Assembly: GCF_000002075.1 (NCBI RefSeq) | Contig: NW_004797391.1 | Span: 923,674 to 984,036 of the forward strand | DNA from: Aplysia californica | Taxonomy: Eukaryota | Reading direction: 5' to 3' | Length of the DNA: 60,363 nucleotides | Shown: one piece after another, positions 1-14,400 of the stretch | Position numbering within the stretch: the stretch's first letter is position 1 | Layout: every line of letters starts with the position of its first letter | Position numbers and translations under genes: made by a program | The notes under the pieces: generated by a model | Seen by the model: only the letters and a program-made list of their open reading frames with translations | Databases searched by the model: none | What the model was told of the DNA's origin: nothing

Positions 1-1183
1 AGTGGTCACTGTTTACCCAGTCTGTAACAAAGTAACAAAGGACGTCTACATAAACTTGTGACAGAAGCGTTGCTCGTTCTCCGAGTCCGAGTGATGGCGA
101 CCCATGTGTTTGTTCTAACAAGACACTCGGTCTTCCTCGTCTGATACATTTCGTTTTATTGTCACCCTTGCGCAAAATCAGCGACAATATACAAATTACA
201 AACAAAATACAAACCAACAACAACAACAACAAAAACAAAGTGGCTACTTTCGATTGGGACCTCAGATGGGAGTGGTCTGTTTTCTTCATCCCGATTAGTC
301 CTGCCTAAGACGGCCACCTGTCTTATACGGCCACTTTTCTCCTTGACAATGGGTGGCCGTCTTACACAGGTTTGACTGTAGCGGGTCACAAGAATGACAA
401 ACATACAAAAGAAGTAGAGAAAAAATGACGATAGTAAGGATTAGGAAAGAAAAAGCAGCAGTTCCCTGTTGCAGATCAGGCACAGTTATGAGCGTGACAT
501 GATGAATCAGCCCAGGACATGGGGTTAAGAAAGAAGGACAAAAGGACGATGTATCAAAGTCAAAGATGTTGCACATGGATCCCAGAGGGTTGGGGTCATT
601 GTGAGACGTTTCAATTTCATCCTTGGAGGGTTTTCACCTCCTGTAGACAGGACAGTGTGGTCTATTTATATGTCCCACAACATACGGGTGTATAAATATA
701 TGCATTATATGGCACTCAAATCCCTTAAAAACATTTTGATGTTCAGTAAGAACCAATAATGAACCATTTGTGTTCCTTTGTGTAAAATAAAAGGTCAGGA
801 GGTCATGAAGTACACATTTTAATGCAATGTCCAACGTTTGTAAAAAAAACATATTGGACAAAAATTCTAGATAGCTTCTTTAAATTTGGTGGTCAATGTT
901 GTTTTTACATCCCCGACTTAAACTGAAAATATTATTGAAGGATTCTGCTCATAACTTTGGCTGATATAAGGTGTCCATATGATGTAGGTCTGGGGCAATG
1001 TCAAATAATGTGACATAATGACCTCGAAATACGTATGTGTGTGTGCATGTGTACACAAGTCTGTCTGTCTGTCTTTCATAGAACTGTAAGAGTTTCCCCA
1101 TGGACACAATGTAGATAATTTAAGAGACTTCGTGAACTGGACAATAACAACAAGTCACACGGGCCTGGTGTCATTTCACAAAC

Positions 1184-2158
1184 TTTAATTTATTATCTCA
1201 ACAGAAAAAAAAGGGTGGAAAAATTCCACATTGCAGGTACTGCTACAAGAGACATGTGACAGGCTTTCTATCCTAAAAGCTGAAACGAGTAGGCCAATAA
1301 TTTTTTCCAAAGTTAGTGATATCTCTAAACAACGCAAAAGGCATGTCTACCAAACTATTAAAATGACAAAATATTGAAACGTCAGTTCTACGGGGAATAA
1401 AACCTACATACATAAGATAATATGCCATGACAATGAAAGTGTTTTGTGTATTGTACAAAATCAGACATCCAACATTGAGAAGAAAAAGCTGAATGCAACC
1501 TAGATATACTGTTGGCTTCAAGGTAGTAAACAGTGCAGCGGCTGGACAAAAGTAACAATTAGAATTAGATAGAACAGGCCACAGTCTCGACGTAGGCACC
1601 AGAAACACAGTCCACTAGCACAAGGAGTCGGTGGTTAGCTTACAGTGGTCATTCCAATAACTCCACAGATCCAGGCGAAATTTCAAAAGGAAATCAAATA
1701 CACACGTTTTGTCTCTACAGATCTAGTAAAACTACAAAATGAACATCACTGTACTGATGGGGTTGCAAATATTGTCCATCTGTATGTTTCTCTACGGATC
1801 TAATAGAATTACAAAACAAAAACCACTTTCTAATGGCAGCAAATGCTGTCTATCTCCATGCTCATGAACTGCTACTTGCACAAGGCAGTACGAAAACAAA
1901 AGGAATTCTACATGAACAGAGAATAAGTAAGTTCTCCCTTTTTTACAAAGCTGAGCTTTAACAGTAACAACACACACACATAATATATGTATATATGTAT
2001 GTCTAGAAAACCAAAATATAATCCCATTCTTCTCGTATTTTCCACAGATGTCCTTTCACACACAGTCCTGTTGGTGGCAGGCTCTGTGTCTTCAACAATA
2101 TCAAACCAGTCTTGTTGGTACAAAAACCTAACAAACTAAACAGCACCTGAAATTTATT
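1184..2158 (-). terminator. Candidate tandem polyadenylation signals of MDH2
   Basis: AATAAA on the minus strand at 2158-2153 and 1194-1189. The latter is followed by ATTAAA and a GT-rich downstream tract (~1165-1140). Confidence 0.35.
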
Positions 2159-2491
2159 ACTCAATGTTCATTCTTCAGCCATAAAAATTAAAATGAAGTT
2201 ATATTTAAAACATTTTGAATCTCAGTGAGTATTCAAAACACAGACCAACAGTAGTCATCACATAAATAAACAAGGAAATAACTCTGCTTACAATCTCATG
2301 TACCGTATCTGTTTCAGGGTAATGAAAATTAAAAATTGGCTCGGGAGTACAAAATGAACAAGATGAGGTATGCACTTATGTGTGCAGAGGAGCAAGCATC
2401 ATCAAAAGCCTGCCACCAACAGAAACAACTCCCCACTCAGCATGTTGTCATCACAAGTTTAAATGGTCTTAATACTTCCCAGTTGCAACGT

Positions 2492-5400
2492 CTATTTCTT
2501 GAACTGCTTCGCGACAAACTCTTCTCCTTTCTCGATGTTTGACTTCAGTTCATCCATGGCAGCGGTGACAAGTTTGCGTTCATAGTCTAGCAAGTGGCCA
2601 ATGCCCAGATTTTTCTCCACTCCATTTTTCTGAAAAGACATAAAAAATGGAAAGTAAGCCATCCCATTGCATAACTGTTGTACATGTTTTTTGGTTTTAG
2701 TAGAGGTTTTACGGCGCCCACAACTGCCTAAGGTCATATGAACGCCAAGTGGTGGAGGGCAACAGAGAAGTCCTTACAGGGAATCAGGCCTACTCTGCTC
2801 ACCTCCCTATCTTCAGCAACACAAGGTCTGCTTCGACTATCAAGGCACCCCAGAAATAGCGGATCACAGGAGAGTGACAAAAATACAAAAGAAGTAGAGG
2901 AAAAATGACGATGGAAAGGATTAGGAAAGAAAAAGGTACATGTTTTGGGGCTCCCATCAACATCAGTAAGATGATTAAGGAGGTGTGACACTCCCACTCT
3001 TGACAGCCAGGGTTCACTCGGGTTGCCTGGGACATGTCCCAGCACAAAGACACAGACACTCTAAAAAAATATGAGAGAATCGAAAGCACCTGTATTGTCC
3101 ACACAAGGCAAAAAGCAGTTTCCAACAAAATGTTAAAAAAACTAGATCTACATCACGCTTCCTCCATCCCACTCCAGGGGGAAAAGCTACAGTGTTTTAA
3201 GGGGCATCAGTAGCTTAACAAAAGAGTAGCCAGTTTCTCACTTTGCACATGCCACACAGGAGATGAACTGAAATTCGCCTGTTTTGGTTAACATCTATTT
3301 CAATTGTCAAAATTCCTGACTTCCAGTTCCCAAAGTGAAACAGCAGAATAGAGCTCTAAAACAGAACAACTTTGCTTCAAGACATATTATATCACATCCC
3401 AGTGCTAAAACTTTTTTTCTTCAAAATCTAATTGTCAAAATTGTTCAACAGGGCCATCTATTTCCAGAAGAAAAACGGCGGTTTTAGACTGGTGAACGTC
3501 TTGGACAGTATCATTAAAATATAAATAAAACCCACAGAGGGAAGTGGGAAGTGTTTGTTGTATAGGTGATTGTCTTAGACAGGTGGCCCTCAGGCCTCTC
3601 GGTAAAGCTAAAACACTATAATTCTTATGGTAAAGGACACCAATTGCCGTTTAAACTCACTGACTACAGTTCCCCTCACTGGTACGGGACTAGCGGCCGG
3701 TTTGCCGGTACGGACCCCGCACCCCCGACAGGATGGACTTTGCGGTTTTGTTCTGAAAATTGTGCTTCCGTCAAATGTACGGAAACGGACTCCAGTGTTA
3801 GTTTCACCACTTCTTTCATTTCGTGACGAGTTTGGTGGAAGTTGGGAGGTAAGTTTTTAAGCAATTGAAGGTCAGTCACCTCATCTAAAGTTACACTGAC
3901 AGAACAAACGCTGTATTTTTTAATATACAGTTTATAGTAACGTTGAAGTGGCGGTCGAAGAAAACGCTAAACAAGAATCACCTATTTCCGCAGTTTTCGA
4001 TACTTTTGTTCCTTTTACTAGCTCCAGTGACTCAGAATATGATGTGTCTGATAGTTAGGACCCTGGACATGTACCCAAACACGGCCGAAATCAGAACTTT
4101 GAGACCTACATCTGTATCATGTAATTCCCAGTAGTCAGAGAGTTAAGAGTGTGTGGGTCGCAGGGCGACAAATTATATAGAGTGTTGTTGCTTGAAAATG
4201 TACCAGTATTGATATACAAAATTTTTGAATTTCATACTTTCTATTGCCGATAGTTCACAAACGTACAAATTTCAGCGCCTAACTAAACAGTAAAATGTGT
4301 TATAAACATTGCAACTTCATTTACCTCAGGACTTTAATCAAAGACAAGCTCATTCCTTCCTTATTGAAGTTTTATCAAAACATCCTGTTGAAAATTTTTA
4401 CTTAGCCATAATTTAGCAAATGAACAAGGCCAACAAATGGCAAGAGAAAGCCCAGGGGAAAACTTACCCCTAACAAGACTGGTGTGGCGAAGTACTTGGC
4501 GTCCGTCTCGTCTGAGGCAACAAAGGCACACTGCACTTTGCCTTCTGTGCCGTTCATGGCCTCCAGCAGGGAGTTGGCAAACTCCGCAGCAGCGTAAGCC
4601 ATGGACAGTGTAGCCGAGCCCTGCAAAAGAACAAATACATTCTCAATGGGGAAAACCAACAAGTACACCTGCTTAATAAGGTAGATCATGTGTCAAGACG
4701 CGGTGTGATCAGGCGCTCATCAATTTTTGCACCTGCCCCAAGTGGAGAATTCAGATCCCCCATCAACAAGTGTCAAATCTAAACACTTTGCAGTCACACA
4801 GCCAGCAGTACAAAATACCCCATCTGGTCACCCAGCCAGGAAAGCGACGGCGCATTATTGCGCCAAGTGACTGCAAAGTGTTAGGAATTAAACAGGAGTT
4901 CACAAGGTTACAATTGTATCAAAGTTAGTGTGAGGTCCTCAGACCCTAAGTTTGTGCCCTCTGGCTTAGTGCAATGTTGAAGGAAAGTAGGAAGGGAAGT
5001 CAATAGAATCATATCTTGAGATAACTAAGGACATTCTCCGCCTCCACATTTGTAGCTGTTATTCTTTTTGCAACAAAATGTAAGAAAACAATTCGAAGTG
5101 GAACTATACATCAGTCAAGTTATCAGAAATAATATCCAATTCCAACACAGTTTATTGACATAATACAACACGAAATCAAAGCAGCACTTACAGCTCCAGC
5201 CTTCGCTTCCACCACTTCAGTGCCAGCATTTTGGATTCTCACACTGATGGCCGCTCTTTGATCCTGTAGAAAGAGAACACAATCCATTTTAAAATACCCC
5301 AACAGTGAAACTACATCCTTTATCATAATAAGCATGAACTTGAAGAAAGATTACATAAAAACTCTTTGAAAGGTTGCTATAAACACAAGAATATAGTCTG

Positions 5401-8400
5401 TCATTCAAACAAAAACTTAACCTAAACATGCAAATGACAGACTACCTAAAACAGCAACCTCCCCCTATACAAACTCACACCTCTATTTCAATATATAGGT
5501 AATTTGTGCAAGATATAATGTCACAAATCTCTCAACAAGTGCTACACTTTTTGTTTAAAAAATTCTACACGCCTGTCACATACATCATTAAGGAGAGTAG
5601 AACCTGCTTAAACCCAACCTTTATAAAAGGGCCAGGAAATATTTTGTAGACAAAATGTTCAAAAATATGAGGAGCAAGTTCTGCCTCTAAAAAGAGTATT
5701 GGAGGCGATCTTTTCCTTCCTAAATCATGTGCCCATAGATCACATTACATGAACTCACTATGGACCCACCTATCATATGTGTACTCATTTTGTGCCTGCA
5801 GATCACTTGTACTCAGTATGTAGCCAACTGACCAACTATACATGTGTACCCATTTTATACCTGTAGATCACATGTACTCACTATGTGCCCACTGACCACA
5901 TGTGTACCCATTTTGTGCTTGCAGATCACATTAACTATGAACCCATCGATAAGATTTGTATCCATTTTGTACCTGCAGATCACATAAACTAACTATGAAC
6001 CAATCGATAACATGTGTACCCATTTTGTGCCTCCAGATCACATGTACTCACTATGAACCCACTAACCACATATGTACCCGTTTTGTGCCTGGAGATCACA
6101 AAAACTAAATACGAACCCATCTACAACATTTGTACCCATTTTGTACCTACAGATTACATGTATTTACTACCTTGTGTCTGTCCCTACAGAATTATGCAAG
6201 TTACGATGGCCAAATTATGCCAGACAAATGCAAAATTATGTAAAAATTATGCAAGTTACTGTAACTCAATTCACAACAGGTTCTGCACTTTTTCAACAAG
6301 ATTTATCATGTTTTATGTAGAAAATAACTGAAAACAGAACATATCAGTATCAGTAATTTTTGTGCGTATTTGGAAAGAAAACAAACACATAAGTCTGAAA
6401 AACCATCTAAAAAATATAAGAAAAATGTTTTTAAAAAATGGCATCTGGACCAGACAACCTACCAAAAAAGGCAAAGTATATAAGATGTGCTGACAAATGA
6501 ATAAAAAACAATTGTAAATAGTGGTGACGGGCTGATAGACAAGCTGATCAAGAAGAAAATTTAAAAAAAACAACCCCCAAAAAACCCCCTCACAAAACAG
6601 ACAATGCATGATCTCATAGGCTATAGTTGCCATTGTGAAAATAGACAAGCTTACAAAGAACAATCTTAGTAGGCCTGCTTAAAAAAATAATTAAAAAATT
6701 TATCCATCTCCACTTTGTAGGCCTTATACAGGGTGCCCATTGGGGGATCACGTCGGGTCTGGATGATCGCCCGCCTCGTTGCCTGAAAACAAATGCCTTC
6801 AATCTGGCTAGCAAATCGCCCCGACCTGACCCAATCCTCCAATGGGCACCCCGAATAACTTAAGCAGCCAGCAATAGTGAACATCAACAAGGTTAGGCCA
6901 GTTACCAGAAAGGGATAATTACGGACATTGTGCATTTTGCGAAATTAAAGAGTTCTGTTTTTGAAGTAAAAATCAGTTGCTCTTTTGACAGTAAAAATAT
7001 AATTGTTTTGTGAAAAAAATTTTTTTAAAAAAGAAAAAGCGACCCGAATAAAAAATTATGCAAATGTTGCAGAATTACGCGAAAAAACACGACGGCACAA
7101 TCCGACAGGGACAGTCATGTGCACCTATTTTGTGCCTACAGATCACTTGTACTAAGAATGTACCCACTGACCACACGCGTACCCATTTTGTGTCCACAGA
7201 CCACACACATACCGACCTGAGGGAAGGACACGGACGGGGAGCACTGCGAGATCACTGGTACGATGGTGATGCCACTGTGGCCTCCAATTACTGGACAGAA
7301 CACTTTGTTCACATCCAAACCCTGAAACAACACCAATTTAAAATAACATTAGTGAGAAAGTCACTAGCACCAAAAACAGCTACAAAACATAACGTGCATA
7401 TTATGAAGTTCAACATCTTTGAAACAATAACATACAACAGCAAGCGCAGAGAGCATGCTGTAGAGCATGAATATACGCTACATAAATGACATATTACTAT
7501 CACATGCATGTGATTATCATGAGCAGTGACGTAGTAAAGATAAAATAATGTGAGGGTGAAGATCAAATGCAGAGAAATATTTTTAATATAGCTCCTTCAC
7601 TTTCGTCTGACCGCGGTTGAAACTCGATAAAAACAAATCACTCTGATTAATCTTTCTGGGTCTTTGCATGCGGGTCTAATATTTAAGCGACCAACCATGG
7701 GCAAAAGTGACAAGAGACGGTTTAGCCAGAAAATTATGTTGTTAGAGATTGGATAGCCTGAAAAGTTCAAGGTAAATTCACGTGGCCTGAATGATGGGGG
7801 GTATACGCTTTTCAATTTTCCAGGTGTGCCATCCATTGTCCGGGGGCATGTTACATAACAACGACAGCATGTGTTCTATTTAAATATATAATACATACAC
7901 ACACAAACAAGTATGTAGCCAACATTATATATGAAGGGCCTATCCAGTCAACAAAAATTCAGTGTGGAACTGGAGTCTTGTGTGACTTACGTATTTCAGT
8001 CTGTTCTTACTCGTTATATATTTTCTTATTTATATTTTCCCCTCATAATTTTATATGTAATATATAAACTATATTATACAAATGCCTGTCTTTCCCAAGG
8101 ACCATCTGTTCATCCAATCTTGTTTGCTGTTGCTTTTAATGATTTGTTTTGCAGTGTTGTATGAAGTTGGAATGTTGGGTTGTTCCTGTCTTGATCCCCT
8201 TTTGGCGAGTGAGTCTGCTCTGTCATTTTCAGGTATGTTTGAGTGTCCGGGAATCCACTGCATCACCAGGTTGACGCCACAGGATGTTATCAGGTGATGG
8301 GAGCCAAACAGTATATGTGTCAAGTCTTCGTTTAGATGACGGTCATTTTCTATAGCTTGCAAGACATAGTGAGACAGTGAAGATCACTATACTCTGTGTT

Positions 8401-11400
8401 TTGTTTGGAAGAGTGTCAAAAACTGTGCGGGGATGGTATAGTGCTGTTTTAATTGCTGTCATTTCAGCATCATAGTTGTTGCATTCCTCTCTACAGGCTG
8501 CAGAGATCTCATTGGAACTTCCATCTGGGTACTGTGTATTAGTATTTCATATCCGGCTTTGGTTGTGCCTTTGAATGCTGAGCCGTCTGTATAGACGTGT
8601 ATCCAGTCATTTAAATAGCTGTCGATTGATGTGATGCAAACAGCTATTGTCTGTGAAAGATGTTGTAATGATTGGTTTTTCCATAGAAATGTGGGGAGGG
8701 ATGGTTTGGTTGACTCTTTTCGTTTCTCTTCTGTTTTGTGGTAGATGGTGACTCTCCATTAGTTCTGTGATGCGATGGATGATTGATTTTTGTTGAAGTC
8801 GTTTCTTTGGTTTCCATGTTTCTACTAATTTCCAGTTTGAGTGGTTGGGGCACATTCTTAGATTCTTTCAAGGAGCTCCAAAACTGCTTTATCTCTGCGA
8901 ATTCCCAAGGGTTCAACATTTGAAAGAATTTAACATGCGAGGGCCCAAAGAGAAAAACTTTTGTTACGGGTGAAGACTTTTTGAAAAAATAATTATATTT
9001 GGTCGCCGGCTTGCAGAAGTGCCACGCAAAGTTTCGTGGGCATAGGTAAATTCCTCAATGAGCTAGAATTTTTTTAACGCAATCAGATGAAAGTGAACAA
9101 GCTATAAGCGATCATAAAGGGCAAAAGAACTGAAAGAATAACATAGCATAAAATGTATGACCAGAATTTCTTTGGTTTTTGAAAGTGATTAATCCAGCCT
9201 TTTTGCAAGACAGTCTGTCTGGGAAAGCCAGCTCTTTTTCCATTTTCAATCACAAAGATATCATGAGTAATGTGTGCACTGCACCTCACGAGTCTTGGGC
9301 CCTATTCTGAGAGCAAACACAATCAACTAAAAAGGGACCAGCAGTGACAAAAACCTGAGGGAAAAACCCAAAGTTCTCTACACACAATGCTTGCATGGAC
9401 CCAAGATTGAAAAAGGCATGTTGGCACGACAGACAATATTGACAAACAGAGAATCATGATAGAAAAACTAGAGATTAAAAAAAAAAGCACACAGCATGAC
9501 ACTACTAACCTTTGCTTCAGCAATGAATGTGTTGGACCTTACAACATCCAAGGTGGTCACACCAAACACTCTATTCTTGTCGTACACACCACGAAGCTTC
9601 AACACCTCAGAGGCGATGGGCACGGTGGAGTTCACCTGAAGACAATGACAAAGAACACTTTACTATCTCTACCCTGGAGCCAGTGAACATTTGGCATTGA
9701 AAATGTGACATACAGGCTCAAAAGAGTTTTTAAAAATGTACTGGTCACTGAGCTAACTCACAGGGTTGGTGATGATGCCAATCATAGCTTTTGGGCAGTT
9801 CTGTGCACATGAATCAATCAGATTGGCCACAATGCTGGCATTTGTGTTGAACAAGTCATCACGGGTCATACCTGTAAGCAGAGAACAAGATTGAGTAGAA
9901 AAAAGTTATAATGCATCTTTTGTTTAAGCAACTAGATCACCACAATTGTTGAAACATTATTGCACAATGTCAGAGTAAAAGTAGGACATCTGACAACAAT
10001 CCTTGGACAAGCACTAAAGCCAAACATGAACATGAAAATAAAAGAACCTCTTGAGAAACTATACAAACAGATATTTCCATAATTCCATGCCTTTGACTTC
10101 ACAGGCCCAATGTTCATTGTATGCCTTGAGACAAGAAGGAGACGCATCATGAAAAAGTTCACACTCACCTTGTTGGGAATTTCTTGGGTGTCATCTACAC
10201 TAACCTTTTTGTTTTCTTTACCCAGAGTCATAAACTTAGGTTGACTATTAAATGATGTGTCAGATTTTATAAAAACAAACAAGGAAGAGGCTAAAAGACT
10301 AACCAGGTTTCCTGGGTACTCCAGCAGGTATAAGCACCAAGTCAGCATCTTTAACGCAATCTGCCAGTTGCTCATCTCCCATGTGGCCAGTCACTTTTGG
10401 TCGAGTCTCAATATGGCTGAGGTCAGCAGCCACTCCAGGTGTGTGAGCAATGTCATAGAGGGAGAGGTGTGAAATGAGAGGTGACTGTTTCAACAGGAGG
10501 GACAGGGGCTGGCCAATTCCACCAGCAGCTCCCAACACTGCTACTTTGCTGTCATTCTGAAAAAGGCCGGGCAGTTCTTTAAAAACGTGTCAAAATCAGA
10601 ACATTTGGCTCATTATATTAGTGATAATTAAATGAGTTCATTCACGTGGTAGAGCAAGTTTCTTCTGTTAAATATTAAAAAACATGCAGTGTGAAAAAGG
10701 GTCAACAATTAAGATTTACAAACCCCATACAGTCTGAAAGACAAAACTCTTTATATTCACTAGTAATATTAGTATTACTATTGCATTAAATTTTCCTTAT
10801 TTGAATCTATAATTTTCCAAACACCCATTGATCCTTAGCTTTATTTCGTAAGACATCAATCCTTGACCTTGATCAACATGTGATTATCCAACTTTTGAAC
10901 AATCAATAGATGCTCTGCTTGTTGTAGATTAAAAAACCCCAACCCATCAGCAATAGCATCTGCAAAGCAATATCAAGACGAATCAAGAGTTTTCACGAAT
11001 CAGTAAACTTATTAAGCCACTTTCACTATCATCAAATAACTGATGTGACAAGCTTGTTTCACTTCGGACCTTTAAGGACCTCCCGAGGAGTTTGCATGTG
11101 TTATTTTATCTTTAAAAAAAAAAAGCGGAAAAAGTGTGCATGAGAAGTAAGACGTCCCCACAAAGGCTGCAAAGGCAACCAGTATCCCCTCAGTCGTAGT
11201 ATAGTCGACTATCTTTCTACCTGCTATCAGATAGTCACCTTGCTGAGCAAGATTTCAGAATAATACATTACATGTAATTGGGACATTATCTAGATAAAGA
11301 TAATGCACTCTTGTTCTATTTTTAAAAGTCATAGCGTAGGAATATTCCCTGTTTTGTCACAGAACGTTTTATTGAAAACATGCAGATATAATATATATAT

Positions 11401-14400
11401 ATATATAATAAAATATATATATATATATATAATAAAATATATATACATATATATTTAATAATAATAATAAAATAAATATATATTAGTAGCGTTTTCATCA
11501 TAATAGAAGTAGTTTTCAAGCTTACAAGTACAAGCATGTATTATCTACAAAAAAGTTTAGGAAAGAACAAAGATTCGCATAGATTAGGATACAGACAGTT
11601 GTAGTTTAGGCAAGCAGATATTAATGAAAGTCGGGAGAGAGAAAAAAAAAAAAAAAAAAAAAAATTTTCTTCTCTTTCTAAACCTATTCTAAAGATTGGT
11701 CTGGAAGTGGAAGGTTTCCAAAATCTTCTTCCCATGTCCTGGCTTCATCACCCCCCACCCCTTCCGGGGTTCAAACTGGGACTATGTTAAAATAATCCAC
11801 GAACAAGAAATTACAGGAAAATTGTCTAAGGTGTTAGATCACAGCGTGCTCTCCAGTTTCCATTTTAGAAGATCATACCGGTACAATTCAAGACTCAGGT
11901 CATAAATAAAGCTGGGGGTGATCTGATGTCATTAACAGACAATAGCAGGCAATTCAACTCCAAGACCTGAGCAAGTAGCAGCCGAAAAAGTGACACAAGC
12001 AACGTAAAAACAAATTTTTGGAACAATACTTTAATAAAGTAAAGGTAACTTTTCAATAAAAGTTACTCAAGCAAAAAAAGTAATGCAGAAATAATGTGAT
12101 TCAATCTCAAGCAATGACTGAATAATGAACAATGAAACTTTTTAAAACTTTACAAACCATTGACCTTTGCCTGAGTTAGTGTCGACCGCATCAGCAGTCA
12201 TCAGTATCATAATAATTATAATAGTAAATAGCATTACGGCTCCTTTTTACCGCTTGAAGGTCAGCTTGCACCAACACAGAGAAAGGATGTAATCACATTG
12301 TTGTAAGGGAAATAATCTTCGAAGGGACGATCTTAAAAACTGGCACCCAAATCACTTTTGGAAATGGATTACAAAATCATTTCAAAAGTGCTAGATCTAC
12401 GCCTCCAGAGCATTATGGCTAATATAATCAGCCATCACCAATCAGGTTTTCTGAAGGGAAGATCAATTGCAGAACATACAGAACTCTTGATGATGCTATT
12501 TTTAGCTCCTTAGAATACGACATCCCGAAAATGGCAGTCTCCTTAGACTTTCAACGCGCGCAAGACAGGAGGAGGTTGGAGTAAAAAACAGTGACAAACA
12601 AACAGCGAAGCATCTTTATATTGATTGCAAAAATGAGTGTTAGTAACATGGGGTATGGAGATGTAAAGTGTATTTTCATATTGTTTGATATCGAATTTGA
12701 ACACAGGAAAAAGTTTCTGTCATGTTTAATATCATATATTGCTCGCTTATTTTATGGCTATTCAAAGCAAAAACACAATGCACATCTGTAACAACTTATC
12801 CCTATTATAATTTATTTTCCAGGTGCCTTCGGCAACCTTATTTCCATATCTCTATTCACGTTCTTGTTTAAAGAAGATGTACCAAGGGTTCATCGATAGC
12901 TCATGTGATGGGGAGAACATTAATTAGTTTTGATATGCTGCTTGCAGCACTGCACAAATAATCTGAACGAAAGGAAAAGGTAATGGGTTTTAGTTACATA
13001 GTTTTATGCTATTGTATTATAATACTTCCTCGTTTTCCATTGCTCTCACTTTTTTTTCTCTATCTCTACATCTCCCTCTCTCTTCCCTGCTCTCCAATCC
13101 CCTTATTTCTCTCTGTCTCGGTACGGCTGTCTATCTATCTGTTTACTTTACCATCTCAAGCCTTATACAGACCTGCCATTCTATGAAATCTAAAAATGAG
13201 GGTCTTTGGAAAAAAAATCGGGACCAACGACAAATCACCAGGGTGACTGCCAAGCCGACTTTAAAATTTACCATGGGTGTCCAAAAATATATGAAGGCAT
13301 AGTTTTAAGAAAAATCTGGAGCAACAGAAGGGACAAAAAAATCAGGACACATGCGATCGACATCGGGATGTTTGAGGTTTTTTTTGGGGGGGGGGGGGGG
13401 AATCAGGACATCCAGATTAACTCGCGATGAGTGGCACATCTGCCTATATCTTTATATCACCAGTAAGTTAAACAAAAAATGGATTCTTTAGCTATTTATA
13501 TATCGATATTTACAATTACTTGAGTTTCTTATACTTTAAAATACATTTTAAAAATGTTTTTAACACAGGTTATATTGCATAATCCCCCAAAATGCGTAAG
13601 AAAATTTGTTTTCCAAGTAAACATTGCGGATGGTTTCTCTTGTACATTCATTAAGTCGACCCAATCACATTGCGTACTAAAATTTAGGTCATTCACTCCG
13701 CTCTCTAGTAGTGGCGGGTGGTGTGCATGAATATCTAGAACATGTGTAAATAAAGCGAAGCTGAAGCTTTGTGAATCCACAACCTTTCGTTTTCTCGGAC
13801 AGTAAACTTCTATCGCTTTTTTCTGCCCAGCGCAAACCTAGATCTATTTCTTGAAAATTCTTGTTAATTAAAGGCGGTGGTGAATTCGTTTTGAAGATAA
13901 ATATAAACACTTTGAAGCTGTTCTTTTGTCTTTGCTGCTTTTTAAAGTTGGTCAGTGAGTAGCGAATGTGCTGTCAGGTCGTCTCGAAGCGTAAACCTGT
14001 CTATTTGAAGTAGAAACAGAGGGAAACTTTAAAGCTGTTGTTTTTTTTTTAGCCTTGCCTTACGAAATCACCAACATCTAAAAAGCTACTTCAGTTTTCT
14101 TAAAAATTCAAAAAGCATATTTTTCACAATGCGTCATTTGGTACCTTTCACCAGGCACACACACATATATTCATTGCTTGCCACTAAGCCTCTCCACTCC
14201 CACCCCCCCCTCTAGTCTAGTCATTTCTATCTATCAAAAACACATCTAGCCAGCATTTACATATTATTGACTTGTTAAATGTAGGAATTGCTTCCAAACG
14301 TTAGCATTGGAAATATACCACACTTGATTTGGAAGTTTGAGGTTGCTCCCCCCGAGGTGATGGGATACAATATTATTATCGAATCTGAATACGAGGATGC

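Noticed and set aside
1-175. Possible minus-strand exon at the window start
   Set aside because: An AG acceptor and an open frame exist, but the peptide is not recognisable and I could link no upstream exon.
2459-2494. Stop-codon readthrough adding a peroxisomal signal to MDH (as known for MDH1)
   Set aside because: The stop is TAG-A, not a leaky TGA-CTAG context, and the extension TLQLGSIKTI* has no PTS1 tripeptide.
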